Positions 30,821 to 41,802 are shown, numbered from the stretch's first letter. The stretch is DNA of 64,000 nt from Obrimoposthia wandeli (GCA_977020255.1 CDROCS010004649.1:1-64000), one strand, 5' to 3'. Made by a program: numbers and translations. Notes: generated from the letters alone by a model not told the origin.

Positions 30821-31728
30821 TATGATTGCCCCTTTAATTCTTTTTCTTGCATTTTTTGGAACAACATAATCGGCACGATAAGCAATAATAGAAGGATAAC
30901 TGCGACAGCTGAAGAAACCGGCCAATCTCGGTTATTAAAGAATTCGCCCCACAATGTTTTACCTATCATTAACGTGGAAGATCCACCGAGCAGATCAGGA
31001 ATAACGAACTCTCCCATTGCTGGAATAAACACCAAGAAACAACCCGCATAAATACCCGGCATTACCAAAGGTACTATAATCACCCAGAAGGTTTTTAATT
31101 TGCTGCAACCTAAATCAAGTGCCGCCTCTAAAAGGGAGTAATCGAGTTTTTCCAGCGCTGCGTACAAAGGTAGTACCATAAAAGGTAAATACGAGTAAAC
31201 AATACCGATGTATACCGCCACATCGGTGTTTAATATAATCAATGGCTGGTCTATTACACCTAGGTACATCAAGAAGTTATTTAACAAACCCTCTTGTTTT
31301 AAAATACCTATCCATGCATAAACACGAATCAAAAAGCTGGTCCAAAATGGCAATATAATAAGCATTACTAATGTTGCTCGCCATTGGCTAGGAGTTTTTG
31401 CCATCCCATAGGCGATGGGAAAACCAATTAACAACGTCAGCAGTGTCGATATTAAAGCAATTTTCAAGCTTGAAAGGTACGAGCGCCAATACAAATCATC
31501 CTCGACTAGCCAAAGGTAATTTTCAAGGTCAAACTCACTGATCAGATGCCAAATACCACTAAGGCCTGCAGCGCTATCATAGACAGGTACGTAAGGCGGC
31601 CTAGCTGTCGCCATGTCTGACAAAGACATTTTAAACACTGAGACGAAAGGCAATAAAAACAGCACGAGCAGCCAAATAAAGGGAATCGCTATCAGTAGCA
31701 GCCTTCCCCAATTAATTTGAGTTTTCAT
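30820..31728 (-). CDS. potH: Putrescine ABC permease
   Basis: LPFWTSFLIRVYAW, YLPFMVLPLY, EAALDLG, DWPVSSA. Confidence 0.92.
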   Translation of the reverse strand: MKTQINWGRLLLIAIPFIWLLVLFLLPFVSVFKMSLSDMATARPPYVPVYDSAAGLSGIWHLISEFDLENYLWLVEDDLYWRSYLSSLKIALISTLLTLLIGFPIAYGMAKTPSQWRATLVMLIILPFWTSFLIRVYAWIGILKQEGLLNNFLMYLGVIDQPLIILNTDVAVYIGIVYSYLPFMVLPLYAALEKLDYSLLEAALDLGCSKLKTFWVIIVPLVMPGIYAGCFLVFIPAMGEFVIPDLLGGSSTLMIGKTLWGEFFNNRDWPVSSAVAVILLLLLIVPIMLFQKMQEKELKGQS

Positions 31729-31737
31729 ATATGCTCC

Positions 31738-32886
31738 CTACTTTGTCAATACGACAGATGCGTCTAGATTCCAATACAACCAAACATCATCTTCCCAGGT
31801 AATTGAGCGCTTGTTTAATCGATTACGATTGACCCGTTGCGCTTTAATGGTACTGCCATCGGCTAATTTCACATGGTAAGTTGACGTATTACCGATATAC
31901 GCTATATCCCACACTTTACCTTGGATTAAATTTGACTGTTGCTCTGGCTTCTCTTTACTTATTTCAATTTTTTCAGGACGCAGCGCCAGCCATACTTTTT
32001 CCTCTTCATTAAGGACACTTTCAGTATGTGCAGCTAGCTCACCGTGTGACTGCGTACTAAAAGTCGCCTGCGAGTCTTGAGTGCTTAAATGCGTGCCTGA
32101 AATAAAGTTAACATCGCCGATAAAGTCAGCGACATATCTTGAGTTAGGCATTTCATAAATAATATCAGGCGTCTCTACTTGCATGACTTTGCCGTGGTCC
32201 ATCACCGCAATACGACTAGACACCGTCATTGCCTCTTCTTGATCATGGGTTACGATAACAAAAGTCATCCCTAAATCTTCTTGCAAATTCATTAATTCAA
32301 ACTGGGTTTGTTCACGCAGTTTTTTATCCAATGCCCCTAGTGGCTCATCTAATAAAAGCAACTTAGGTTTTTTTGCCAGCGACCTGGCCAATGCCACTCG
32401 TTGTCTTTGCCCTCCTGATAATTGCTGCGGTTTACGGGTCGCTAGTGCTTCTAATTGCACCAGCTTTAACATTTCATCAACCCGGCGTGCAATTTCTCTT
32501 TTAGGACGCTTTTCTTGTTTAAGGCCAAAAGCAATGTTTTCTGCAACACTCATGTGCGGAAACAGCGCATAAGACTGAAACATCATATTCACTGGCCGCT
32601 TATTAGGTGGAATATTAGACATATCCACCCCGCCGATTAGAATACGGCCGCTAGTAGGCACTTCAAAACCACCAAGTAAGCGCATCAATGTGGTTTTTCC
32701 GCATCCGGATGGGCCCAACAATGAAAAAAATTCTTTCTCATAAATATCAAGCGTCAGATTATCAATCGCTGTAAAGTCACCGTACTTTTTAGTGACATTT
32801 TCAAACCGAATTAAAGGCTCTGTCACGTCATCTAACCAAGGGGAAAACTCTTCACTGGTATTTGCTTTATCAGGGGCATTCATCAA
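31738..32886 (-). CDS. potG: Putrescine ABC ATP-binding subunit
   Basis: GPSGCGKTT, MMFQSYALFPH, LSGGQRQR, VTHDQEEA. Confidence 0.92.
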   Translation of the reverse strand: MMNAPDKANTSEEFSPWLDDVTEPLIRFENVTKKYGDFTAIDNLTLDIYEKEFFSLLGPSGCGKTTLMRLLGGFEVPTSGRILIGGVDMSNIPPNKRPVNMMFQSYALFPHMSVAENIAFGLKQEKRPKREIARRVDEMLKLVQLEALATRKPQQLSGGQRQRVALARSLAKKPKLLLLDEPLGALDKKLREQTQFELMNLQEDLGMTFVIVTHDQEEAMTVSSRIAVMDHGKVMQVETPDIIYEMPNSRYVADFIGDVNFISGTHLSTQDSQATFSTQSHGELAAHTESVLNEEEKVWLALRPEKIEISKEKPEQQSNLIQGKVWDIAYIGNTSTYHVKLADGSTIKAQRVNRNRLNKRSITWEDDVWLYWNLDASVVLTK

Positions 32887-33090
32887 TGTTACCTATCCTA
32901 CACATTATTCCCTACAGACACGCTCATCCAATAGATACAAGTAAATTGAATCTAGCAATGACACGACACTGTATTTGTTTATTGATACGCTGGGTACTTA
33001 CTCGATATCACAGCACTGCTAAAATCAGCCTTCAAGTGATCAATTGATAAGAACACTTGAGGCTTAGAGGCTACTGAGCGTACCTTTCTT

Positions 33091-33135
33091 TAACTAGTAA
33101 TATTTTAACTAGTAATATATTAACTAGCTGTATTT
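33091..33135. repeat. Three 15-bp-period direct repeats (TAACTAG core) between potF and potG
   Basis: taactag at 33091, 33106 and 33121. Confidence 0.75.
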
Positions 33136-33186
33136 GGAAGCAGTGTGATTGTTATATCCATATTTCACACTCGCCAAATAAGAGCG

Positions 33187-34293
33187 TTACTGTCCTGTTT
33201 TAATTCGAGTCCAAGTACGGTTTAAATTTCGTACATACTTTGGCCCATCTGCTGTATGCGTGAACAAGCTTTGCATTGTAGCAGTGTCAGGGTAGATGGC
33301 TGGATCTTCAAGAATTGATTTATCGATAAAGGCTTGAGATGCCTTGTTGCCATTTGCATAGTTGATGTAATTACTGGCTTTTGCGATAACCTCTGGACGC
33401 AGCATATAGTTTAAGAAGATATGCGCCTCTTCAACATTTTTTGCATCATCTGGTATCGCCATTTGGTCAAACCAAACTTGCGCACCTTCTTTAGGGATTC
33501 TATAACCCACTTCTATGCCATTATTAGCCTCTTCTGCTCTATCTCTTGCCTGTAAAATATCGCCAGACCAAGCAAGCGCCACACAAGCATCACCATTTGC
33601 TAATGCACTAATGAATTCAGAAGAATGGAATTTACGTATATATTGACGGACATTATTAAAAACTGCTTCTGCTTTTTTAATATCCGCTTTATCTTTAGAG
33701 TTTGGATCTAGACCAAGGTATTTAAGTGCAGCAGGTATTGTTTCTTGTGGTGCATCCAGTATATATATCCCGCAATCAGCAAGTTGAGCGGCATTAACCG
33801 GATCAAAAATCAGGCTATAAGAATCAACCGGGGCGTTTTTAATACGCTCTTCTACTTTAGATTTAACAAACCCTACACCGGTCGTTCCCCACATATAATT
33901 GATAGAGTGCTCATTATCCGGATCGTAAGCAGACGTTACTTTTTGGATATGATCCCAAGCGTTACTCAAGTTTGTAAGCTTAGATTTATCTAATTTTTGA
34001 AAAATCCCTGCTTTAATCTGGCGTTTCAAAAAAGAGCCTGAAGGGGTAACGACATCATAACCTGATGAACCTGTGAGCATTTTTGTTTCAAGAATTTCAT
34101 TTGAATCAAACACATCATAATTTACTTTAATGCCTGTCTCTTTTTCAAAATCTGTAATTATTGACTCGTCTATATAATCAGACCAGTTATATACATTGAC
34201 CACTCTATCCGCACTATTGGCCGCACCTGCAATAAAAATGCAACTTACTGCTGTACTCAATAATGTCTTTTTTAATGTCCATCTGCTTATCAT
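33187..34293 (-). CDS. potF: Putrescine-binding periplasmic protein
   Basis: YNWSDYI, YMWGTTG, GDACVALAWSGD, WFDQMAIP; start set at MISRW (34293). Confidence 0.92.
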   Translation of the reverse strand: MISRWTLKKTLLSTAVSCIFIAGAANSADRVVNVYNWSDYIDESIITDFEKETGIKVNYDVFDSNEILETKMLTGSSGYDVVTPSGSFLKRQIKAGIFQKLDKSKLTNLSNAWDHIQKVTSAYDPDNEHSINYMWGTTGVGFVKSKVEERIKNAPVDSYSLIFDPVNAAQLADCGIYILDAPQETIPAALKYLGLDPNSKDKADIKKAEAVFNNVRQYIRKFHSSEFISALANGDACVALAWSGDILQARDRAEEANNGIEVGYRIPKEGAQVWFDQMAIPDDAKNVEEAHIFLNYMLRPEVIAKASNYINYANGNKASQAFIDKSILEDPAIYPDTATMQSLFTHTADGPKYVRNLNRTWTRIKTGQ

Positions 34294-34376
34294 GCTGCCT
34301 TCCTCGTATATTGTTTTTTTGAATTCAAGGTTTTTCGCTATATTAAAAATCTCACATTTACAGCAACTAATCAACA

Positions 34377-34390
34377 TTTGTGATCACAAA
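34377..34390. promoter_or_regulatory. Palindromic operator TTTGTGATCACAAA in the potF/gntR divergent promoter
   Basis: 14-bp perfect palindrome; the core recurs at 35272-35281. Confidence 0.65.
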
Positions 34391-34491
34391 AATTGGTTTT
34401 TATTTAAACGATTTGCTAAATTAGCTAATACAAAAGCGTATAACGCTGATATGACTTGCTATAATGCATCGCCTTTCACTGAGAATAAAAT

Positions 34492-35145
34492 ATGCAATCT
34501 AACGACCTCAACCTAACAGTCAATGAATCGACTTATCGTAAATTACGAGAAAAGATATTATTCGGAGACATGCTGCCAGGGCGCCCTGTTACCTTGCGCG
34601 GTTTAGCTGAATCGCTAGATGTTAGCCCGACTCCAGTACGTGAAACAGTACGTCGCTTAACCGCAGAGCGCGCCTTAAATTTGCAAGATAATCGCAGGGT
34701 TTCTATTCCTGAAATGACATCAAAAAGATTTCAGGAAATACGCCATGCACGCTTGATTCTCGAGCCAGAGCTGGCTAATTTAGCCATGATAAATATAGAT
34801 AAAAAAACAATTAACTTATTAATAAATATAGATAAAAAAACAGACGACGCGTTAGTAAGTGGAGATTTAGCGGGCTATATGAGAGGCAACTATGAGTTTC
34901 ATTTCACTATTTATCGCCTGGCAAACAATGATGTATTATTAAGCCTTGTCGATAGTTTATGGCTGCAGTTTGGCCCGTATATGCGCCAAGTGTATAACCA
35001 CTTGGGTACCTCTGCTCTTGACGACCAGCACAGGGTTGCCACAAAGGCGCTTGAGAACAGAGACAGCATTGCTTTCAAAAACGCCATTATGGAAGATTTA
35101 CAGCAAGGAATGACTTTTATAGGTGCCAGCAACACCTTACTTTAG
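34492..35145 (+). CDS. GntR-family (FCD) transcriptional regulator
   Basis: LAESLDVSPTPVRE wHTH, NYEFHFTIY FCD motif. Confidence 0.92.
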   Translation: MQSNDLNLTVNESTYRKLREKILFGDMLPGRPVTLRGLAESLDVSPTPVRETVRRLTAERALNLQDNRRVSIPEMTSKRFQEIRHARLILEPELANLAMINIDKKTINLLINIDKKTDDALVSGDLAGYMRGNYEFHFTIYRLANNDVLLSLVDSLWLQFGPYMRQVYNHLGTSALDDQHRVATKALENRDSIAFKNAIMEDLQQGMTFIGASNTLL

Positions 35146-35269
35146 ATCATTTACGGTACTCATTTAATATCGAAAAACCCTCTCACTGCGCTCATTTTTA
35201 ACAAATCGGCCACGCTACTGTTCCATTATTTTATAAATATATATTGACTTTATTTTTTTTCAGCCACAA

Positions 35270-35283
35270 AATGTGATCACAAA
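35270..35283. promoter_or_regulatory. Second operator copy (TGTGATCACA) upstream of the GS-like gene
   Basis: aatgtgatcacaaa. Confidence 0.6.
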
Positions 35284-35407
35284 ATAACATTATATATCTT
35301 GAGTGCGCTCAATTAATGACTTAAAGGAACAGCAACAAAGCTGCTTATATAATGTTACTAGCTGAATAATTATCTAAATACTTATATAAATACTTAAAGA
35401 AAACCCT

Positions 35408-36820
35408 TTGAGTAAAAATTATGGATATTTTATGAATGAGAGTAATACCAATCTAAATATTGACCTTAACCAGCTTCCGACGCAAGGGGATGAATTACGC
35501 TCTTTTATGTCGCGCTATAAAATAGATGAGGTTGAATGCACAATACCTGATTTTCATGGTGTTTCACGCGGCAAGGCAATGCCTGCTGTTAAATTTGCAC
35601 AATCAACACCTACCTTTTTGCCTTTCAGTATTTTTTTCCAGAGCATCACGGGGCAATACATAGATTATGACTCTGCAGATTATGATACTGAAACCGATAT
35701 GCTGTTGGTGCCAGACTTAAGCACTATTAGGCAAATACCTTGGGCGCGCTACCCAAGCTTACATGTGATTCATGACATACATTATATTTCAGGAGAGCCG
35801 GTCGCTTGTGCCCCTAGAAATCAATTGAAGCATATTTTAGATCTCTATAAAAAAGAGGGCTGGCAGCCCGTTGTGGCACCAGAGCTTGAGTTTTATTTAA
35901 CCAAGAAAAATATCAACCCTGATATGCCATTAGAGCCACCCGTTGGCAGATCTGGCCGCCAAAGTGTCGGGCGCCAATCGTACTCGATGGCTGCAATTGA
36001 TGAGTACGAACCAATCATTGAAGATATTTATCAGTATGCTGAGATTCAAGGCTTAACGATAGATACCATTATTCAAGAAGGGGGTGCTGCACAACTTGAA
36101 ATTAATATGGATCACGGTGACCCATTAGTACTAGCTGATAGTGTATTTCTGTTTAAACGACTGATTCGTGAAGCGGCGCTTAAACATGGCTGTTATGCCA
36201 CTTTTATGGCAAAACCAATGACTAATCAGCCCGGCAGTGCCATGCATATTCACCAGTCCGTAGTGGACTGTAAAACCGGTAAAAACATCTTTAACGATGC
36301 TGATGGCCAGGCAACTGACCACTTCTATCATTTTATTGGTGGACATCAAAAGTACTTAGAAGCCGCAACCTGTATTTTAGCGCCCTACGTCAATTCATAC
36401 CGACGCCTAGTGCCCAGTGGATCCGCTCCGATCAACCTAGAATGGTCTTTTGATAACCGCTCTGCGGGCATTAGAGTACCAAACAGCTCTGCAGAAGCGA
36501 GAAGAGTAGAGAACCGTATCGCCGGAGTAGACACCAACCCTTACAATGCAATTGCTGCCAGTTTAGCTACCGGCTACCTCGGCATGATGAATGCAATTAA
36601 GCCACGAGATCAATTTATTGGTGAAGCATATAACGCTGATTATGGCCTACCTCGCGGCTTACAAGAAGCGCTAGTAAAATTTGACCAGTGCAGCGAGCTA
36701 AAGGATATTCTAGGCGAGCAATTCTCAAGTATTTATCTCAAGCTGAAGGAGCATGAGTTTAACGAATTCATGCAAGTTGTCAGCCCTTGGGAGCGGGAGT
36801 ATTTACTATTGACAGTATAA
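35408..36820 (+). CDS. Glutamine synthetase-like gamma-glutamylpolyamine ligase (SpuI/PauA family)
   Basis: PELEFYL, EGGAAQLEIN, PGSAMHIHQS, DNRS.GIRVP, RVENRIAG. Confidence 0.9.
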   Translation: MSKNYGYFMNESNTNLNIDLNQLPTQGDELRSFMSRYKIDEVECTIPDFHGVSRGKAMPAVKFAQSTPTFLPFSIFFQSITGQYIDYDSADYDTETDMLLVPDLSTIRQIPWARYPSLHVIHDIHYISGEPVACAPRNQLKHILDLYKKEGWQPVVAPELEFYLTKKNINPDMPLEPPVGRSGRQSVGRQSYSMAAIDEYEPIIEDIYQYAEIQGLTIDTIIQEGGAAQLEINMDHGDPLVLADSVFLFKRLIREAALKHGCYATFMAKPMTNQPGSAMHIHQSVVDCKTGKNIFNDADGQATDHFYHFIGGHQKYLEAATCILAPYVNSYRRLVPSGSAPINLEWSFDNRSAGIRVPNSSAEARRVENRIAGVDTNPYNAIAASLATGYLGMMNAIKPRDQFIGEAYNADYGLPRGLQEALVKFDQCSELKDILGEQFSSIYLKLKEHEFNEFMQVVSPWEREYLLLTV

Positions 36821-37119
36821 AAATCACTACGCTAAATCCTGAATAAGTTTAGGCGATCACGATGTAATCGTGATCGTAAATAAGCGACTCACGTTTCCCC
36901 TCTTTCACCCTGATGTCGCAATTTATAGCGACAGGGATTCGTGTTGCTTATTTTTAACATCTCAGCGTTAAATACAGTTTTTAATGCGAGTCAATTTTTT
37001 GAATTTATGTAATGAGACGACCTTCTTTGAACCAATGTAAGAATGGCCTAACCCAAGGTTTACGTTAATTTACTTAGACTAATCACTCAGACTAAAAGTG
37101 GTAGTAAAGGAGAACAACA

Positions 37120-38496
37120 ATGACATTTGATACCCAACAACTACAACAGACTAATACAGACCATCACATTCAGCCTTTTTCTGATAATAAAGAATTAGCT
37201 GAAAAAGGCGCTCGCATCATCACCAAAGCTGATGGGTGTTATATTTGGGACTCCCATGGCAACAAGATATTAGATGGGATGGCAGGTCTTTGGTGTGTCA
37301 ATGTTGGTTATGGTCGCGATGAAATAGCCGATGCCGCTGCCAAACAAATGAAAGAACTTCCTTATTACAACACTTTTTTTCAAACCAGCCACCCACCAGC
37401 AATTGCCTTATCCAAGAAACTCGCGCAATTAGCACCTGATCATATCAACCACGTCTTTTATACCTGTACTGGTTCTGATGCTAACGATACTATTTTGCGC
37501 ATGGTTCGCCACTATTGGGCGAGCTTAGATCAAGCGTCAAAGAAAGTGGTTATCTCGCGCAAAAATGCCTATCACGGATCAACCGTTGCAGGCGCTAGCC
37601 TAGGTGGCATGAAAGGTATGCACGAACAAGGTGATTTACCTATTGCCAATATCACCCACATTGGCCAGCCTTACTGGTACGCAGAAGGCGGTGATAGAGA
37701 CCCTGAAGAGTTTGGTTTAGCACGCGCTCAAGAATTAGAAACTGAAATATTACGACTGGGAGCAGACAGAGTTGCCGCTTTTATTGGCGAGCCTATACAA
37801 GGTGCGGGCGGTGTTATTATTCCACCTGCAAGCTATTGGCCTGAAATCCAAAGAATTTGCGATAAATATAATATCTTACTGATTGCCGATGAAGTCATTT
37901 GCGGCTTTGGCAGAACAGGCAGCTGGTTTGGCTGTGACACGCTGGGGATAAAAGCTGACTTTATGCCTATCGCTAAAGGTTTAAGCTCTGGCTATTTACC
38001 CATCGGCGGCGTAATGATTGGCGATAGAGTGGCTGATGTTTTAATCAACCAAGGGGGAGAGTTTAATCACGGCTTTACCTATTCAGGCCATCCCGCCTCT
38101 TGTGCCGCTGCGCTTGCCAATTTGGAAATTATCGAGCGAGAAAAGTTAGTCGAAAGAGTAAGAGATGATATAGGCCCTTATATGCAAAAACGCTGGGCAG
38201 AACTAGGCGAGCACCCGCTTGTCGGCGAAGCCAGAATGATCGGCCTAATGGGCGCGATTGAACTAACATCAAACAAAGCCAAACGCGCTCGATTTAGCTC
38301 TAAAGAAGGCACTGTTGGCTTGATGTGTCGTGAAAACTGCTTTGATAATAACTTAGTCATGCGCCACGTCGGTGATAGTATGATTATTTCACCCGCTTTG
38401 ACAATCTCGCACGCGCAAGTTGATGAACTGATTGAAAAAGCAAAACTTTGTTTGGATCTTACACTGGCTCAAGCAAAAAAAGCAGGCTACTGCTAA
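37120..38496 (+). CDS. spuC: Putrescine:pyruvate aminotransferase (class III PLP, SpuC-like)
   Basis: DGMAGLWCVNVGYG, YHGST, EPIQGAGG, DEVICGFGRTG, AKGLSSGYLP. Confidence 0.85.
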   Translation: MTFDTQQLQQTNTDHHIQPFSDNKELAEKGARIITKADGCYIWDSHGNKILDGMAGLWCVNVGYGRDEIADAAAKQMKELPYYNTFFQTSHPPAIALSKKLAQLAPDHINHVFYTCTGSDANDTILRMVRHYWASLDQASKKVVISRKNAYHGSTVAGASLGGMKGMHEQGDLPIANITHIGQPYWYAEGGDRDPEEFGLARAQELETEILRLGADRVAAFIGEPIQGAGGVIIPPASYWPEIQRICDKYNILLIADEVICGFGRTGSWFGCDTLGIKADFMPIAKGLSSGYLPIGGVMIGDRVADVLINQGGEFNHGFTYSGHPASCAAALANLEIIEREKLVERVRDDIGPYMQKRWAELGEHPLVGEARMIGLMGAIELTSNKAKRARFSSKEGTVGLMCRENCFDNNLVMRHVGDSMIISPALTISHAQVDELIEKAKLCLDLTLAQAKKAGYC

Positions 38497-38616
38497 GCTT
38501 TTAGTCATCTGTCTTTAAATCAGTGTTTATCGGTGTATAGCCTATAAGCACTGCTTCAAATTTTTGATCGCCACTGCTATTTTTAAACTCACATACATTA
38601 CTCGCTGGGATGATAT

Positions 38617-39930
38617 ATGAAACTTTCGGGACGCTTTTTACATGACAATGATAAACCAGGGCAATACCCTGATTCTTATTACGCTGCCTCTGCGAACCTT
38701 CATTTAGAATTCCCAAGCCAAGCGGGTGATGAAAACGTCGATGTCTGTATTATTGGTGCCGGCTTTTGCGGGCTATCAGCCGCCTTACATTTAGCGAACT
38801 CAGGCTTAAGCGTTTGTGTAGTAGATGCACATCGAGTGGGCTGGGGAGCCTCTGGCAGAAACGGCGGTCAGTTAGGTGTAGGACAAAGAGCTGAGCAAGA
38901 TGACTTAGAGAATATGGTAGGCAAAGAAGATGCCCGTAAACTCTGGGACTTGAGCTTAGAGTCAGTTGCACTATGTAAGCAATTGATCAAAGATCACAAT
39001 ATTGAATGTGATCTAACCCCTGGCATCTTACATGTAGATCACAAACCTAAATTTGTTCCCCAAAGTAAAGAGTATGTTGAAAAACTGCAACGCGACTATG
39101 ACTATCAAGATATTCGTTTTATTGATACCCAAGAAGTCAGAGAAATGGTTGGCTCAAACGCTTATTATGGCGGTAGTCTAGATACCCAATCGGCTCACTT
39201 ACACCCACTTAATTATGCGCTAGGGCTAGCAAAAGCGGCTAGTGAAGCGGGCGTAAAAATATACGAGCGCAGTGAAGTACTAAACTATACTAAAACAGCG
39301 CCAAGCGTTGTGACCTTAAAAGAAGGGACGATTAAGGCAAATTTTGTACTACTAGCCTGTAACGGTTATTTGGATGATTTAGATAGTAACGTTGCTAATA
39401 AAATCATGCCAATCAACAATTACATAGCCGCTACCGAGCCATTGAGTGAAGAGCAGGCAGCCTCTTTGATCAGAGATAATGTCGCTATTGCTGATTCGAA
39501 ATTCGTGATTAATTATTTCAGATTAAGTGCCGACAATCGTATGCTTTTTGGTGGCGGAGAAAGTTATCGTTTTAAGTTTCCAAATGACATAAAGCAGTTT
39601 GTTACCAAGCCCATGCTAGAAATCTACCCGCAACTAAAAGGTGTAAAACTCGATTACGGATGGGGTGGGACACTCGGCATTACCGTTAATCGCATGCCTT
39701 ACTTTGATAAGCTTGCACCCAATGTACTTTGCGCAGTGGGTTATTCAGGACACGGCGTAGGTATGGCGACCTTAGGCGGTAAGTTAATGGCTGAAGTGGT
39801 TGAAGGTACTATGGGCCGTTTTGATATAATGGCAAACGTCAAATCACCTTCATTTCCTGGCGGTACCTTATTGAGGTGGCCAGGTTTAGTCATGGCCATG
39901 ACCTATTATTCGATTAGAGATAAACTCTAG
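38617..39930 (+). CDS. puuB: FAD-dependent gamma-glutamylputrescine oxidoreductase (PuuB/PauB-like)
   Basis: SYYAASA, GAGFCG, GASGRNGGQ, GYSGHGV. Confidence 0.82.
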   Translation: MKLSGRFLHDNDKPGQYPDSYYAASANLHLEFPSQAGDENVDVCIIGAGFCGLSAALHLANSGLSVCVVDAHRVGWGASGRNGGQLGVGQRAEQDDLENMVGKEDARKLWDLSLESVALCKQLIKDHNIECDLTPGILHVDHKPKFVPQSKEYVEKLQRDYDYQDIRFIDTQEVREMVGSNAYYGGSLDTQSAHLHPLNYALGLAKAASEAGVKIYERSEVLNYTKTAPSVVTLKEGTIKANFVLLACNGYLDDLDSNVANKIMPINNYIAATEPLSEEQAASLIRDNVAIADSKFVINYFRLSADNRMLFGGGESYRFKFPNDIKQFVTKPMLEIYPQLKGVKLDYGWGGTLGITVNRMPYFDKLAPNVLCAVGYSGHGVGMATLGGKLMAEVVEGTMGRFDIMANVKSPSFPGGTLLRWPGLVMAMTYYSIRDKL

Positions 39931-39965
39931 TTCAGTCAGCTAGCTACTCAACAAACCGTTAAAAC

Positions 39966-39993
39966 AAAAAAGCCTTGTATAACAAGGCTTTTT
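39966..39993. terminator. Bidirectional terminator between convergent genes
   Basis: aaaaagccttgt-ata-acaaggcttttt. Confidence 0.8.
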
Positions 39994-40046
39994 ATTGCTT
40001 ATTTAATCAAGTACAACCAAATATCAATGTAGAGGTAATCTTCAAA

Positions 40047-41552
40047 TTATACTTGCTCAGCTATAATTTTTTTCCACATTTCAGGACCAGTGGTATGCAC
40101 TGATTCGCCATTTACATCAACAGCAACTGTAACCGGCATATCTTTTACTTCAAATTCGTAAATTGCTTCCATGCCCATCTCTTCAAACGCGAGCACTTTA
40201 GCGCCAATAATTGCTTTAGATACGAGATAAGCCGCACCACCTACCGCCATTAAGTACACCGCTTTATTGTCTTTAATTGCCTCTATTGCTGTAGGGCCAC
40301 GCTCTGATTTTCCAATCATGCCCAATAGACCCGTGCTCTCCAATATTTGACGGGTAAACTTATCCATACGAGTGGCAGTCGTTGGACCAGCAGGACCTAC
40401 TACCTCCCCTTCTATCGGATCAACAGGCCCTACGTAATAAATAAAGCGGCCTTTTAAATCAACCGGAAGCTCTTCACCACGATCTAACATTTCTATCATG
40501 CGTTTGTGAGCTGCATCACGGCCAGTAAGCATCTTACCGTTTAATAATACTGTTTCGCCTACTTTCCAATCCTTCACGTCTTCTGGGGTAATTTCATCTA
40601 AATTCACCCGGCGCGTGGTTTCTCCCACTTCAAAACTCACCTCAGGCCAATCTTCTAAACGAGGGGGTGTTAATACCGCAGGACCGGATCCATCTAATAC
40701 AAAATGAGTATGACGCGTTGCAGCACAGTTAGGAATCATACACACAGGCAATGATGCTGCATGTGTTGGATAGTCCATAATTTTGACATCCAAAATCGTG
40801 GTTAACCCGCCAAGGCCTTGTGCACCTATACCTAACTCGTTAACTCTATCCATTATCTCTAAACGCAGTTCTTCAATGCGGTTTTGCGGACCACGTTTGC
40901 GAAGCTCATGTATATCGATTGAGCCCATTAACGACTCTTTAGCCATCACCGCTGCTTTTTCAGCAGTGCCGCCAATACCTATGCCCAGCATTCCAGGAGG
41001 ACACCAACCCGCGCCCATAGTAGGAATGGTTTTAACAACCCAATCAACAATACTATCTGATGGATTTAACATCACCATTTTCGATTTATTTTCAGAGCCG
41101 CCGCCTTTCGCTGCCACTTGAATATCGACCTTATCCCCTTGTACTACTTCATAGTGAATAACCGCAGGCGTATTGTCTTTAGTATTGGTACGCTTACCTG
41201 CTGGGTCTGCTAAAATTGATGCACGTAGCACGTTATCTGGATTTAAGTACGCTTGGCGAACCCCTTCATTAATCATATCAGTAACAGACATCTTGGCATC
41301 CCAAGTAACATCCATCCCGATTTTAACAAAGATAGTTACAATACCGGTATCTTGGCATAACGGACGCCTACCTTGTGCGCACATCCTAGAATTTATCAGC
41401 ATTTGAGCCATCGCATCACGCGCAGCGGGGTTTTGCTCTTTTTCATACGCTTCATGTAGCGATTGGATAAAATCTAACGGGTGATAATAAGAAATAAATT
41501 GCAAGGCATCAGCAACACTGCTGATTAGGTCATCTTGACGAATAACAGACAT
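40047..41552 (-). CDS. fumA: Class I (Fe-S) fumarate hydratase
   Basis: PLCQDTG, KGGGSENKS, GWCPPG, PNCAATRH, GRDAAHKR, GPTTATRMD. Confidence 0.93.
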   Translation of the reverse strand: MSVIRQDDLISSVADALQFISYYHPLDFIQSLHEAYEKEQNPAARDAMAQMLINSRMCAQGRRPLCQDTGIVTIFVKIGMDVTWDAKMSVTDMINEGVRQAYLNPDNVLRASILADPAGKRTNTKDNTPAVIHYEVVQGDKVDIQVAAKGGGSENKSKMVMLNPSDSIVDWVVKTIPTMGAGWCPPGMLGIGIGGTAEKAAVMAKESLMGSIDIHELRKRGPQNRIEELRLEIMDRVNELGIGAQGLGGLTTILDVKIMDYPTHAASLPVCMIPNCAATRHTHFVLDGSGPAVLTPPRLEDWPEVSFEVGETTRRVNLDEITPEDVKDWKVGETVLLNGKMLTGRDAAHKRMIEMLDRGEELPVDLKGRFIYYVGPVDPIEGEVVGPAGPTTATRMDKFTRQILESTGLLGMIGKSERGPTAIEAIKDNKAVYLMAVGGAAYLVSKAIIGAKVLAFEEMGMEAIYEFEVKDMPVTVAVDVNGESVHTTGPEMWKKIIAEQV

Positions 41553-41802
41553 AAATGGCTCCAGTACGAGTTCTTGTAAAAACCATACACAAACATAAGT
41601 GATGGTTTATATATTCAACCGCTATATTGCGGCTTTTTAAGCAAGTTTACGCTAAATTTCAACTGCATAGAGTATACAGTATCATTGCTGCCCGGTTTAG
41701 TTTTTGTTGCGCTCTCACTGATTGATTTTGCGTTGTAGACAAAGGCAATTTAGTAACAACGTCATCTTTTAGCTATAACAGATAACTAGAAATCAATTAG
41801 TG

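Noticed and set aside
33091-33135. TrpR operator resemblance (TTAACTAGTA)
   Set aside because: Only direct half-sites with a 15-bp period, not the inverted CTAGTTAACTAG geometry, and not at a trp gene.
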